Source of the DNA: Candidatus Thorarchaeota archaeon
GTDB taxonomy: Archaea > Asgardarchaeota > Thorarchaeia > Thorarchaeales > Thorarchaeaceae
DNA length: 32,000 nucleotides
Reading direction: 5' to 3'
NCBI GenBank assembly: GCA_008080745.1
Contig: SHMX01000001.1
Span: 390,001 to 422,000, forward strand
The stretch's first letter is position 1; each line of letters opens with the position of its first letter. The notes under the pieces are model-generated. The model did no database searches. It was not told the origin of the DNA and saw nothing but the letters and a program-made list of their open reading frames with translations. The position numbers and the translations under genes were made by a program. Positions 1-9,581 of this stretch are shown here, in pieces.

Positions 1-106
1 ATTTGAGTCTAAATCTGAAAATATTGGACATGATCGCCAATTTCCGTCACAACATTGAGTGAAAGTTAATATTGTGCAAGCCACTAGTAGAAACAGGGTT
101 GTGATT

Positions 107-886
107 ATGGCCGACAAAGGTGAGATTAAAGGACTAGGAGCGCCCGAAGCAAAAGTTGTTCAAACAAAGACTCCTGAATTTAAAAATCCACTACTAATTT
201 GCTGTTTCCCATCAGCAGGCGTAGTAGGAATTATAGCTGCTAACACTATCATTGAGCAATTCGATATGGAGGAGATTGCCCATGTGAGATCAAAATATCT
301 TCCCTCCGCTGCAGTGTTCATGGATGGAAGGTTAAGACATCCTTTCAGAATTTATGGGAATTCGGAAAAGAATCTAATCGTAGTTACAACAGAACTTCCA
401 GTTGCCGATGAGGGAATGTACTTTGTAAGTTCTGCAATTTTGGATTGGGCAGCAAGGATTGGTGTGAAGGAAACAGTTATTCTAGATGGAATACCCGTTC
501 AGGGAATACCATCTGATAGAAAAGTTCTCTATGCCGCAGAAAAAGAAAAGCTTGCGGATCTTGAAGAAGATGAAGAAATGGAAATTCTGAGTAAAGGAAT
601 AATTACAGGAATAGCAGGTTCTATTCTTTCAGAAACATTATGCAGAGAGATGGTGGGTTTTGCACTTCTCACACCAGCTATGCCAATGATGCCTGACCCA
701 GAAGGGGCTATTCAATTACTTCATGCATTAACAAGACTGTATGATGTACAGGTAGATACCAAAGAACTACAGGATAGTGCAGATCAGATCAAAAAGAAGC
801 TAGAAGAAGTCGCCCATCAAGTAGATGGAATGCGACGTAGCCGACCCACACCTGGTAGGCCAGGCTACGATCGAATCTATGCTTAA
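107..886 (+). CDS. PAC2-family proteasome assembly chaperone (PbaA/PbaB-like)
   Basis: CCFPSAGVVGIIAA, HPFRIY, LDGIP, PDPEGA and final coiled helix are typical of PAC2. C-terminus is IYA (HbYX). ATG107 preferred over GTG59. Confidence 0.9.
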   Translation: MADKGEIKGLGAPEAKVVQTKTPEFKNPLLICCFPSAGVVGIIAANTIIEQFDMEEIAHVRSKYLPSAAVFMDGRLRHPFRIYGNSEKNLIVVTTELPVADEGMYFVSSAILDWAARIGVKETVILDGIPVQGIPSDRKVLYAAEKEKLADLEEDEEMEILSKGIITGIAGSILSETLCREMVGFALLTPAMPMMPDPEGAIQLLHALTRLYDVQVDTKELQDSADQIKKKLEEVAHQVDGMRRSRPTPGRPGYDRIYA

Positions 887-895
887 ACGTGAGAA

Positions 896-1453
896 TCAAT
901 CACTGCAGGTGTCGTATGCCTCTCTGGCGCCTGCAGCATTTCTTGCGCCAACGTTCCCAGACCATTTTTCTTTGATGACCTGTTCAATGGTTTCGATTTT
1001 GACGAGTCCAGTGGCCTTTGCAAAAGCACCCAACATGGTAGTATTCACAACTGGTAATCCTGCAACTAACAGTCCATGTTTGAGTGCAATACCAGTCCCA
1101 TCATAGGTGTATACATGACCCTTCTCAAACTCGTACTCGGAGGCCTCTTTGTCGGAATTAATGATAATCTTTCCACCCTCTTTGAGCCCTTCGCTGACAT
1201 CGATGAGGTCAATGATACCAGGATCTAAGACCGCCACAATATCAGGCGTATATATCTGACTTCGAACATTGATTGTTTCATCCGATATACGTGTGAATGC
1301 TTTAACCGGAGCTCCTCGCCTCTCGGCCCCGAAATAAGGGAAAGCTTGTACACCTTCGTATCCATCAATAAGAGCAGCTTTAGCTAGTAGCTCCGCTGAG
1401 GTTACGCCACCTTGGCCACCTCTTCCGTGCCAACGTATCTCAATCATAGGCAT
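896..1453 (-). CDS. porC: Pyruvate/2-oxoacid:ferredoxin oxidoreductase gamma subunit
   Basis: EIRWHGRGGQGGVT, AFPYFGAERRGAPV, VNTTMLGA are signature motifs. Confidence 0.95.
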   Translation of the reverse strand: MPMIEIRWHGRGGQGGVTSAELLAKAALIDGYEGVQAFPYFGAERRGAPVKAFTRISDETINVRSQIYTPDIVAVLDPGIIDLIDVSEGLKEGGKIIINSDKEASEYEFEKGHVYTYDGTGIALKHGLLVAGLPVVNTTMLGAFAKATGLVKIETIEQVIKEKWSGNVGARNAAGAREAYDTCSD

Positions 1454-1459
1454 TTTGAA

Positions 1460-1522
1460 TTGACTCCTTGTGAGAACACACAGTCAAGCAGCTGGCAACA
1501 TCGGTGAAATAAAGGACTTTCG
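1460..1522 (-). promoter_or_regulatory. Putative porC promoter (BRE-like CGAAAG, TATA-like TTTATTT) and 5'UTR hairpin covering the AAGGAG RBS
   Basis: Minus strand reads CGAAAGTCCTTTATTT...TTGACTGTGTGTTCTCACAAGGAGTCAA-ttcaaa-ATG. Confidence 0.45.
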
Positions 1523-1630
1523 CTAGAGCAAGGTGGTTTCTATCAGGATAAAATGTATTGTGCAATATAGTCACAAATAAGACTTATACATAATCAAAAT
1601 AATTTCAGTATTGAAAATTCAATTGTTGAT

Positions 1631-1858
1631 GTGATAAATTTGGATGATGACTGGTATAAAGGCAAAGTCTTCAAGAAAAGACCCAAAAAAAGAGTTGAAT
1701 CGGACCCAAAAGACTCACCTATGGAGAAATGCGTTGTTTGTGGTAAGGAATTTCATAGGTTGGAAGGAGAATACCTAGTGGTTTCCCCCGAAGGATATAG
1801 ATGTCCTGAGTGTTGTAAGAAGCATTTTGGTAGTTTAGAAATTGATTACTCTGACTGA
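1631..1858 (+). CDS. Small zinc-finger protein (CxxC...CxxC), unknown function
   Basis: CVVC-x20-CPECC after a basic N-terminal stretch. Start may be TTG1640. Confidence 0.7.
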   Translation: MINLDDDWYKGKVFKKRPKKRVESDPKDSPMEKCVVCGKEFHRLEGEYLVVSPEGYRCPECCKKHFGSLEIDYSD

Positions 1859-1964
1859 CAAAATAGAAGAGTAACATTTCTAGACAGGAATACAATCCAA
1901 AAATTATGGATAACAAAATCTCATATTCCGACAATCTCATTAGTGGGCAGGTTGAACAGATTTC

Positions 1965-2792
1965 TTGATTGCAATGGATGAATACATCAAGAAGAACCAA
2001 CAGATGTGGGACCACTTGGCACCCATCCATCGCGGAACATCCCTCTATAAGGTAGACGATTTCCTAGAGGGGGCACTAACACTAGACCCCCTTGAGATTG
2101 AAGAGGTAGGGGATGTCAAAGGAAAGTCGTTGCTCCATCTCCAATGTCATTTTGGTCTCGACACCATGTCCTGGGCTAGATTAGGGGCGGAGGCGACTGG
2201 TGTAGACTTTTCTGGTGAGTCAATAGACCTTGCACAGACTTTGAATGAACAAGTTGATGATAAAGCAAAGTTTCTTGAATCTAACGTCTATGATTTGCCA
2301 GATAAGCTAGATGAGCAATTCGACATTGTATTCACCTCTGGTGGTGTCCTATGTTGGCTTCCCGATTTGAAAAAATGGGCTAATATAGTAGCAAGCTTCG
2401 TTAAACCAGGTGGTTTCTTCTATATTCGAGAATTTCATCCTGTTGCGTATATCTTCAATGATGCCGAGGATTCTGATAACCTAAAAGTGCATTACCCATA
2501 TTTCCACAAAGACGAACCCGTTGAGTTTGAACAAAGTGGTACCTATGCAGATCCTGCAGTTCGATTTCCTATTGCAATGAAGACCTATGAATGGACTCAT
2601 AGCCTTTCTGACATAATCAACAGCGTTATTGATGCAGGTCTCCAGGTTGAGTTCTTTAATGAATTTCCATTTACAACCTATCAAGCTCTACCATTTATGG
2701 AAGAAGATGAGGAGAATAATAGGTGGGTCCTGCCAGATTTTGCAGAGTCCGTACCCCTTATGTTCTCACTTAAGGCATCAAAACCGAGTTAA
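1965..2792 (+). CDS. Class I SAM-dependent methyltransferase
   Basis: GKSLLHLQCHFGLD, ATGVDFS, FDIVFTSGG, VKPGGFFY. Start may be ATG1974. Confidence 0.92.
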   Translation: MIAMDEYIKKNQQMWDHLAPIHRGTSLYKVDDFLEGALTLDPLEIEEVGDVKGKSLLHLQCHFGLDTMSWARLGAEATGVDFSGESIDLAQTLNEQVDDKAKFLESNVYDLPDKLDEQFDIVFTSGGVLCWLPDLKKWANIVASFVKPGGFFYIREFHPVAYIFNDAEDSDNLKVHYPYFHKDEPVEFEQSGTYADPAVRFPIAMKTYEWTHSLSDIINSVIDAGLQVEFFNEFPFTTYQALPFMEEDEENNRWVLPDFAESVPLMFSLKASKPS

Positions 2793-4166
2793 TCACATCT
2801 CTTCAAGCAATGTATTCACAACACCAGTAGCTGAATTTGCAGCTTGCTGTAGACCAACACCAGAACCTGCAGTATCGGTACCGACGATATAAAGACCATC
2901 AGCAGGTGTTTTGGGACCGGGTCTGTCTAGGTCTGTCTGCCCAGGAATAAGGGCAGCACGTGTAGCATAGGATGTCTGAACATGTTCCATCTCAATGTGC
3001 TCCAATATTTCGGGATGGAATCTCTTAATGCCGTTATCCTTTACTTGTTGTACTATTTCTTCAGTTGTCATTCCTTCAGGCAATATAGTGGCTAATCCGA
3101 GTAGTTCCTTGCCCTCAGGAGCACAGGTGGGATCGAAACTAGAGAGAGAGATAATCCAAGTATTAGGATTAGGATGTACAATAACCCGTGACTTCCTGTC
3201 ACCGATTACAACCTCATCCAAACCAAGCCAAATAGTCACACCCTTTGTGAATTTCATAGTGCTCCAGGTTTTGAAAAATTCTGTCACATCGGATGAATCC
3301 GAATCGACAATACTGGGCATTGACCAAAGAGGTATATTGCTTACGATTCTATTAGGATGTAATTCCCGCCCCCCTGCAATGAGTCCTTTTACCTTCCCAC
3401 TTTGAATAAGAATTTTTTCCACGGGTGTATTCAGAATATATTCACCATCAATCGCTTCGATGACACGATCTAGTAGACCCTGCATACCTCCAATTACGTA
3501 ACCCTCATCGTATTCATCTGAACCCATCAAAAGTTTCTTGACAGAAGATAATTTTGATGACTCCTTATCGGTGTCTTTCAACGTGCGAAGTGCCTCATAG
3601 GCAGAGGCTTTGTCAATACCAACCCCAGCAGCCATATAGATAGCACTCTGCATCACATCGAGCATGACTGGGTTAGTTGCGTCACGGGATTGCATGAACT
3701 CCAGAAATGTGATGTCCTTGTATGATTCCATCTCTTCAAGTTTCATAGTCTTAATTTTTGCTCCAATCTTGGCGAGCCCTAATCGACCCTTCATGCCCGT
3801 GAGAGGCCAACGTAAGGTCTCTCCAACACTAGTAGGGATAGTTCCAACCTTATCATGGACTCGGAAAAACCAACCTTCATGCAATACAAACTCAGGGGGT
3901 GGAGTGATGTGTTTACGCATAAATTCTGCAAATGAGCCGTGATTCACACGAGTAATGATATGAAGTCCTTGATCTACTCGATATCCATCAACGTAGTAGC
4001 TGTGCCATACGCCTCCAAGGTGTGACTCTTTCTCAATAATTAGAGACCTCTTACCTTCTGCCGTTAGAGCGAGTGCAGTAAGTAATCCGCCAGCTCCAGC
4101 ACCAGCTATAACAACATCATAGTCAGATACATCAATCTGGTCAATGGACGTTTCCTTCATATCCAT
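2793..4166 (-). CDS. FAD-dependent oxidoreductase, phytoene desaturase/amine oxidase-like family
   Basis: DVVIAGAGAGG...IIEK..HLGG Rossmann motif, VDQGLH, GGMQGL, C-terminal GLYIVGTDT. Start placed at M31 of the ORF track. Confidence 0.85.
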   Translation of the reverse strand: MDMKETSIDQIDVSDYDVVIAGAGAGGLLTALALTAEGKRSLIIEKESHLGGVWHSYYVDGYRVDQGLHIITRVNHGSFAEFMRKHITPPPEFVLHEGWFFRVHDKVGTIPTSVGETLRWPLTGMKGRLGLAKIGAKIKTMKLEEMESYKDITFLEFMQSRDATNPVMLDVMQSAIYMAAGVGIDKASAYEALRTLKDTDKESSKLSSVKKLLMGSDEYDEGYVIGGMQGLLDRVIEAIDGEYILNTPVEKILIQSGKVKGLIAGGRELHPNRIVSNIPLWSMPSIVDSDSSDVTEFFKTWSTMKFTKGVTIWLGLDEVVIGDRKSRVIVHPNPNTWIISLSSFDPTCAPEGKELLGLATILPEGMTTEEIVQQVKDNGIKRFHPEILEHIEMEHVQTSYATRAALIPGQTDLDRPGPKTPADGLYIVGTDTAGSGVGLQQAANSATGVVNTLLEEM

Positions 4167-4206
4167 CTTGGCATTCTGATAGGTAAGTCTACTTAAGAAT
4201 AACTCA

Positions 4207-5310
4207 TTATGAAAGGGAGATTTTAGAGCTCTTGTCAGCAGACTCGTAAGCAGCATCGACTATTCGATGAGCCGACACACCCTCTTTGAAGCTGGGTACT
4301 ACTCTCGTATCCTCAATGACAGACTTAAGAAACGAATAACTTAGAGCAGCATATCGTTCCGAGCCGACCATGGTCAAGGTTTCTATGGCCTCTGGACTTA
4401 GCTCTTTTTCTTTAAGCCCTAAATGTTCAATGAGGGTGGGATTGACCGATTCAGCCCATAACTTCACGGGTCTCTCACCCTGTAATTGATACTCAACGTA
4501 TTTTTTATCCGATTCGAGTTTTATTCCAAGATATCCTTTTTCGAAGAAAAACTCAAAACGGCGTTCATTTGGTCTTTCAACCCAATGCCAGACAGAATCC
4601 AGAGTACTCACACTTCCCTCTTTGTGAGTAAGAATGAGTGAGGCATGATCTTCGACATCCATTCCACTGAAATTATTCACAGTTGCATATACATGCTCTA
4701 CAGGGCCGAAGAACCACTGTAGAACATCAATGTCATGAATGCTGTGTTCTATTAGGGTACCGCCGCCAGCGATGGATCGGTCCATTCGCCATTTGCTAGC
4801 ATAAATATAGTCTATTGGAAACCTCTGATCATCTCTGATGTGTGCTAACATAGGTTTACCAAAATCATGGGTGTCTAAGAGATTCTTAGCTTGAACCAGA
4901 AACTGGTCATACCTCAAAACAAGACCAACAGCGGCTTTAATTCCGTTTGATTTTGCAATCATATAGAGGTCCTGAGCTTGAGGACCACTGTGTGCAAGAG
5001 GCTTCTCACAAAAGACAGCTTTACCTGCTTTAGCGGCCGCTTTCACCATATCTCTATGTTTGTTCGTAGGAGTACAAACATAGATTACATTTAGATTCTC
5101 ATTATCAATCATTTCTTGATAATCAGTATAGGTTGATGAGACCTCAAATAATCCAGCTGCATTGCTAAGAGTCGAAGAATCGATATCACAAATAGCTGAA
5201 ATCTCCAAGTCTATCAAATTGGATTCACGAAGTGCTGCGAGACTAAGAAGATGCATCTTTCCGATGGTCCCGGCACCAATCAGTCCCAGTCTAATGTCAG
5301 GTTGACTCAA
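4207..5310 (-). CDS. Gfo/Idh/MocA-family NAD(P)-dependent oxidoreductase
   Basis: RLGLIGAGTIG, VYVCTPT..H, FCEKPLA, GGGTLIEHSIHDID. TTG5310 is the likely start (ORF open to 5337). Confidence 0.92.
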   Translation of the reverse strand: MSQPDIRLGLIGAGTIGKMHLLSLAALRESNLIDLEISAICDIDSSTLSNAAGLFEVSSTYTDYQEMIDNENLNVIYVCTPTNKHRDMVKAAAKAGKAVFCEKPLAHSGPQAQDLYMIAKSNGIKAAVGLVLRYDQFLVQAKNLLDTHDFGKPMLAHIRDDQRFPIDYIYASKWRMDRSIAGGGTLIEHSIHDIDVLQWFFGPVEHVYATVNNFSGMDVEDHASLILTHKEGSVSTLDSVWHWVERPNERRFEFFFEKGYLGIKLESDKKYVEYQLQGERPVKLWAESVNPTLIEHLGLKEKELSPEAIETLTMVGSERYAALSYSFLKSVIEDTRVVPSFKEGVSAHRIVDAAYESADKSSKISLS

Positions 5311-5446
5311 GACGACTACCAGATTTGGTGTTAACACAGAACTATTTGAGTCTTACCGAGGCATTTTGTACTAGGTGTCACGCAATATCAATTATAAGAT
5401 GATGATATCTGACATACGTGTCGCAAGTAAATAATGAGGTGACCTA

Positions 5447-7243
5447 ATGCCATCCATAAATGATATGCTGGAGAAGGCGCGAGACATTCTAAAAATAGGA
5501 AATGCACTGGATGGTGCCAAATTACTCGAGAAAGCAGCAGACATTCTAGCATCAAAGGGAGAACTAGCCGAAGCGTCTAAGATTTACGAGGAAACAGGTC
5601 TCGCCTATAGTAAGCTCTATCGAGCTGAAGAAGCATTTCAAGCGTTCCAGAATGCTACATTGATGTTAATTCGAATGAATTCCAGTCCAGCAGTCCATAG
5701 GGAAATTGTGAGAATAAACAGAGAGGCAGCCAAAATCGCAGAACAGGCAACAGAATACAAGCAGGCTGCAGAATTCTATTTTAGAGCTGCTGATTTTGGA
5801 GAAACTGAAAAGCAAAAAAATGCCCTAACTCTAAAGGCTGCGGACGCATTAGAAGAATTAGCGGATATCAGAGAAGTAGATAGAGATTATGAAGCCACAA
5901 TCAATCTTCTAAAGAAGGTTGGTAGACTCTACTACAAATGTGGAGATGACGAGCTTGGTGAGAGAATCAATGATCGAGCCATCCGGATTGCTATGAAATG
6001 GGTAGATGTCGCCAAGGAAGAAAACGACTACCTTTCAGCAGGGAATGCTTTAGCTGAAGCAGCTCAAATTTTACAGACCAAGGGGGATATGATTGAGGCA
6101 ACGAGACTAATGATGGAATCCGGGGAGTATTACGAGGCTGCAGAACTCTATGAGAAGGCCGGGAATATTTTTGATGCTGCTCAGGAAGCGTACAGATTAG
6201 AACGATTAACTAGTGCGAGGAAAAAAGCCATGCTTAAAGCTGCTGAAGCCTACATGAAGATGGAAGGGAAACCAGCAGTCTTGGCCCCACTTTTGATTAA
6301 AGCTGGCGAATTGTTTAAGGACCTGGGACGGGTGATGAAGGCTAAATGGGCATTTAAAAAAGCCGGGGAACTCTTTGAACAACTTTCAGAAAAAGCAAAG
6401 GATGAGAATGAACTCGCATCGGAGAAGAGCTATCTTAGACATATGGCATTTTGTCTGAATGGTTGGGGTCAGGATGAAGAAGCTGACAGAATATATCAAC
6501 AGGTAGTGGATTACTATCTGGAGCAGGCAGAAAAAGAGAGAGAAAAGGAACACTTTGAAGAGGAGGCAGTTTCTCTTGAGGAGGCGTCAGCAGTGCTAAG
6601 AGAAGCAGGAAAGGAGGAGGAAGCCAAACAGCACTTTGAAGAAGCTATGAAAATCTATGTTAAACTTGCTGAGGAAGTGGCAGAGCAAGGTCAAAACGAT
6701 GAAGCCTCGAAATATTACAATAAAGCTGCTACTTGTGCTGAATACCTTGGAGACCAAGAAAAACACCAAGAATATCACACAATTGCAAGTAAGAAGGCAT
6801 TAGAAGCTGCGCAATTCTATGAAGAATTAGAAGTACCTGAATTGGCAACGATATGGCTTCGAGCGGCCGGAGTAGAAGCAATGTTGACGAATGACCCAAA
6901 AAAGATAACAGAAGCTATCCAGTATCTGGAAAAGTCTGCAGAAGGATTCATTGAGATTAACGAACCAAGAGAAGCTTTTGAAGATCTCTATCTGGTGTTC
7001 ACCTCAGTTTATGAACATGGAATTGGAGATGGCGATACATTAGCAAGAATTGTTAAGAAAATGGATGATATAGTCAAGAAATACGACTATGAAAAAGAGG
7101 CCGCCATTCTTGAGGTGGTACTAGCTCTTGAGAAGAGAAGTGGGGTGGCTGCTCTGCTGTCCCTTCAGGAGAGAGAAGAGGAGCTTGTTGAAGAGGCACC
7201 TACACTAAGAAGGCTCGTTGATATAGCAAAAGAAAAGAAGTAA
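5447..7243 (+). CDS. Long all-helical TPR/alpha-SNAP-like repeat protein
   Basis: Recurring A..Y/F.KA[AG] helices (AAEFYFRAA, AAELYEKAG, AFKKAGELF, ASKYYNKAA). GAGGTGA RBS. Confidence 0.8.
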   Translation: MPSINDMLEKARDILKIGNALDGAKLLEKAADILASKGELAEASKIYEETGLAYSKLYRAEEAFQAFQNATLMLIRMNSSPAVHREIVRINREAAKIAEQATEYKQAAEFYFRAADFGETEKQKNALTLKAADALEELADIREVDRDYEATINLLKKVGRLYYKCGDDELGERINDRAIRIAMKWVDVAKEENDYLSAGNALAEAAQILQTKGDMIEATRLMMESGEYYEAAELYEKAGNIFDAAQEAYRLERLTSARKKAMLKAAEAYMKMEGKPAVLAPLLIKAGELFKDLGRVMKAKWAFKKAGELFEQLSEKAKDENELASEKSYLRHMAFCLNGWGQDEEADRIYQQVVDYYLEQAEKEREKEHFEEEAVSLEEASAVLREAGKEEEAKQHFEEAMKIYVKLAEEVAEQGQNDEASKYYNKAATCAEYLGDQEKHQEYHTIASKKALEAAQFYEELEVPELATIWLRAAGVEAMLTNDPKKITEAIQYLEKSAEGFIEINEPREAFEDLYLVFTSVYEHGIGDGDTLARIVKKMDDIVKKYDYEKEAAILEVVLALEKRSGVAALLSLQEREEELVEEAPTLRRLVDIAKEKK

Positions 7244-7280
7244 CAAAAAAGACAAGTAGATTGGTGTGAGCTAACATCTT

Positions 7281-7709
7281 GTGAAGACGATGGCCACGTA
7301 TCATTCCACATTATCATTACAGACTCAAGGCAATTGCGATATGATAGATATCACTCAAAAGATTGAAGAAGTAGTACTCAAGAGCGGTTTGAACACAGGG
7401 ATTTGTACTGTATTTTGCCCTGGTTCGACGGGTTCAATAATAACAATAGAGTACGAGGGAGGTCTATTGAAAGACTTTCCAGAGGCAATGGAACGTCTTG
7501 CACCACAAGATGCAACCTACGAGCATCATCTCAGATGGCGAGATGGAAATGGACACTCACATATTCGAGCGTCTATCATTGGCCCAAGCCTTACTATTCC
7601 CTTCGTTGATACCAAGTTGACATTGGGAACTTGGCAACAAGTAACCTTTGTTGATTTTGATAATAAGTCAAGAAATAGGAAAATTGAGATTCTAATCATT
7701 GGTGAATGA
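7281..7709 (+). CDS. yjbQ: YjbQ/UPF0047 family (secondary thiamine-phosphate synthase-like)
   Basis: DGNGHSHIRAS, LTLGTWQQV.FVDFD. Confidence 0.92.
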   Translation: MKTMATYHSTLSLQTQGNCDMIDITQKIEEVVLKSGLNTGICTVFCPGSTGSIITIEYEGGLLKDFPEAMERLAPQDATYEHHLRWRDGNGHSHIRASIIGPSLTIPFVDTKLTLGTWQQVTFVDFDNKSRNRKIEILIIGE

Positions 7710-7979
7710 TTAGAATTGTGTATCTGAAGCTTCGAACTCCCAAGTAAGATCATGCATGTTACTCGGTTCAGGGGTAGTTTCACGGATTTTGAGAGCAAGA
7801 TAGTGAATTCGCAAAGCACGTCTGAGTCGATGAAGCTGAAAAGGCATGGTCCATCCTGGGGGAGTATTTCTGTATCCAAAATCGTCCATTAGAGATTTGA
7901 TTGTTTCAAGCTCTCGTTTCACCTGATATTTTATATCTTCGATTTCATGATCGATCTCTCGGCCTTTTCTTGTAATCAT
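7710..7979 (-). CDS. Hypothetical helical protein
   Basis: Fills the gap between yjbQ and nob1, GAGG upstream of ATG, charged protein-like composition. Confidence 0.6.
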   Translation of the reverse strand: MITRKGREIDHEIEDIKYQVKRELETIKSLMDDFGYRNTPPGWTMPFQLHRLRRALRIHYLALKIRETTPEPSNMHDLTWEFEASDTQF

Positions 7980-8043
7980 ATTTTATGCCTCATCGATATC
8001 TCGTAAAGATAGAACATAACTAAGAGTATGACTAAGGTAATAC

Positions 8044-8562
8044 TCACTTTTGTACTCGAAAACGCCGCTTTGATTTTCGATCCATCATCGTACCACATAC
8101 AGGACATTCAAGATTTTTGGGAGCTCGTTCTTCCACTCTACCACATGCCTTACAACGATATACCCACTTTATACGTTCACGCATTCTCATCTTAGGATCC
8201 AATATTGAAATACCTAAAGATGTGGATGTATTAAGTACTGCAAAATCTGTTGATACAAGAACAACATCAAAGTTTTTTCTATGTTTTGCGAGAGCTATGG
8301 CAAGTAGTTCAATATCGGTTTCAGATAGGACTGTACTATCTCCCATCTGTTCCGATTTGTTCCTTACTTCAGCAATGAATCTAGATTCTGGCGTAATCAA
8401 CTGCAGTCGGTCTAGTGAGATCAAAGTTTCAGCTCGATTTCGACTGGGACGGTTCTCTAATTCATCAATTACACTTTGAGTGGAGAGAAATCGATTCTCG
8501 GGCATAGTCTGTGTCCAAGTAGAAAGCAAAGCACCAGTATCGAGAACATAGAGTTTACCCAT
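8044..8562 (-). CDS. nob1: Nob1-family PIN + Zn-ribbon endonuclease (SSU rRNA maturation)
   Basis: YVLDTGA, LSETDIELLA, STDFAV, CKAC...CPVCG. AGGTGG RBS favours ATG8562. Confidence 0.9.
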   Translation of the reverse strand: MGKLYVLDTGALLSTWTQTMPENRFLSTQSVIDELENRPSRNRAETLISLDRLQLITPESRFIAEVRNKSEQMGDSTVLSETDIELLAIALAKHRKNFDVVLVSTDFAVLNTSTSLGISILDPKMRMRERIKWVYRCKACGRVEERAPKNLECPVCGTMMDRKSKRRFRVQK

Positions 8563-8571
8563 TGGTTCCAC

Positions 8572-9441
8572 CTAGAGTGTGCGAGGGATTAATCTAGTTC
8601 TGAGTCGCTCATAGTAGTTATCATACAAACGTATGAATCGGGTATATGTGTCCGATTTCTTAATCCATACACGCTCCCCAGGTTCAACATCCCATCTCGT
8701 CTGTCCATCGATAACTGCCAACCCCCTTGCACCAGCTTTAACTAATTCTAGTTCTAGCAGACTATCATCAGGAATTACAATGGACTTGAGCTCGAAACGA
8801 GGAGGACAAACAGGTACGAATATGAAACCATGAACATTGGGAGCTAGAATAGAGCCTCCCGCTGCCAGAGCGTATGCAGTAGACCCTGTGGGAGTCGCTA
8901 GCATTGCACCATCTGCCCGTCCATAATCAACATTGGTGTCATTAAGATAGACCTGAAATGTCAGCAACCGTCCTGGTACCCGTGATACTACATAAACCTC
9001 ATTCAGTGCATCCTCGAACCGACGAGATTTCACGCCAGAACAGATGTTTACACTAGATTCAATGATACAGTCGTTCTCCAGAACCTTTTCAAGTGCTGAA
9101 AAGGCAGTAGTAGTGCTTGCCTCGGTCATAAAACCAACAGTGCCACGATTGATACAGAAGAATGGTGTTTCTCGGTCTGGAAGATTAGACAATGTGTAAA
9201 GGATAGTACCATCACCACCAATAGTAATCACAAAGTCCACATTCATATCTTCAATTAATGTTGGAATCGCACTGAGATGAGCAAGATTGAGAGAGCCTGG
9301 GTCAAATTGTACCTCAATATTTCGTTCAATCAGGAATTCAGCCACTCTGATTCCAATTCGTTCGATTTCGGGCCGTCCCGGTTTGCATACCAAGCCCACT
9401 GTTCTGCGTTCACTAAGAATCTGTGGATTCTCTTCTATCAA
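8572..9441 (-). CDS. nadK: NAD kinase
   Basis: GGDGTIL, INRGTVGFM, ALNE, ADG..ATPTGSTAYALAAGG. Confidence 0.95.
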   Translation of the reverse strand: MIEENPQILSERRTVGLVCKPGRPEIERIGIRVAEFLIERNIEVQFDPGSLNLAHLSAIPTLIEDMNVDFVITIGGDGTILYTLSNLPDRETPFFCINRGTVGFMTEASTTTAFSALEKVLENDCIIESSVNICSGVKSRRFEDALNEVYVVSRVPGRLLTFQVYLNDTNVDYGRADGAMLATPTGSTAYALAAGGSILAPNVHGFIFVPVCPPRFELKSIVIPDDSLLELELVKAGARGLAVIDGQTRWDVEPGERVWIKKSDTYTRFIRLYDNYYERLRTRLIPRTL

Positions 9442-9581
9442 GACCCAACACTTCCAGTGAGGGAGAATCCTTGCCCCTTTTTACCGTTGTTGGTTGGTTT
9501 AGAAGATATGCTGTCGCAAAGTATATCAGTAGTCTAATAGGTGTAGACTAGACTTGGTCTGTAAGTCCAGTCAAGTCAGGT

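Noticed and set aside
1454-1630. TPP riboswitch upstream of porC
   Set aside because: No CTGAGA or ACCTGAT…AGGGA core motifs on either strand
5399-5412. Box C/D K-loop (ATGATGA-tat-CTGA)
   Set aside because: Lies immediately after the TATA-like element, so probably upstream of the TSS and untranscribed
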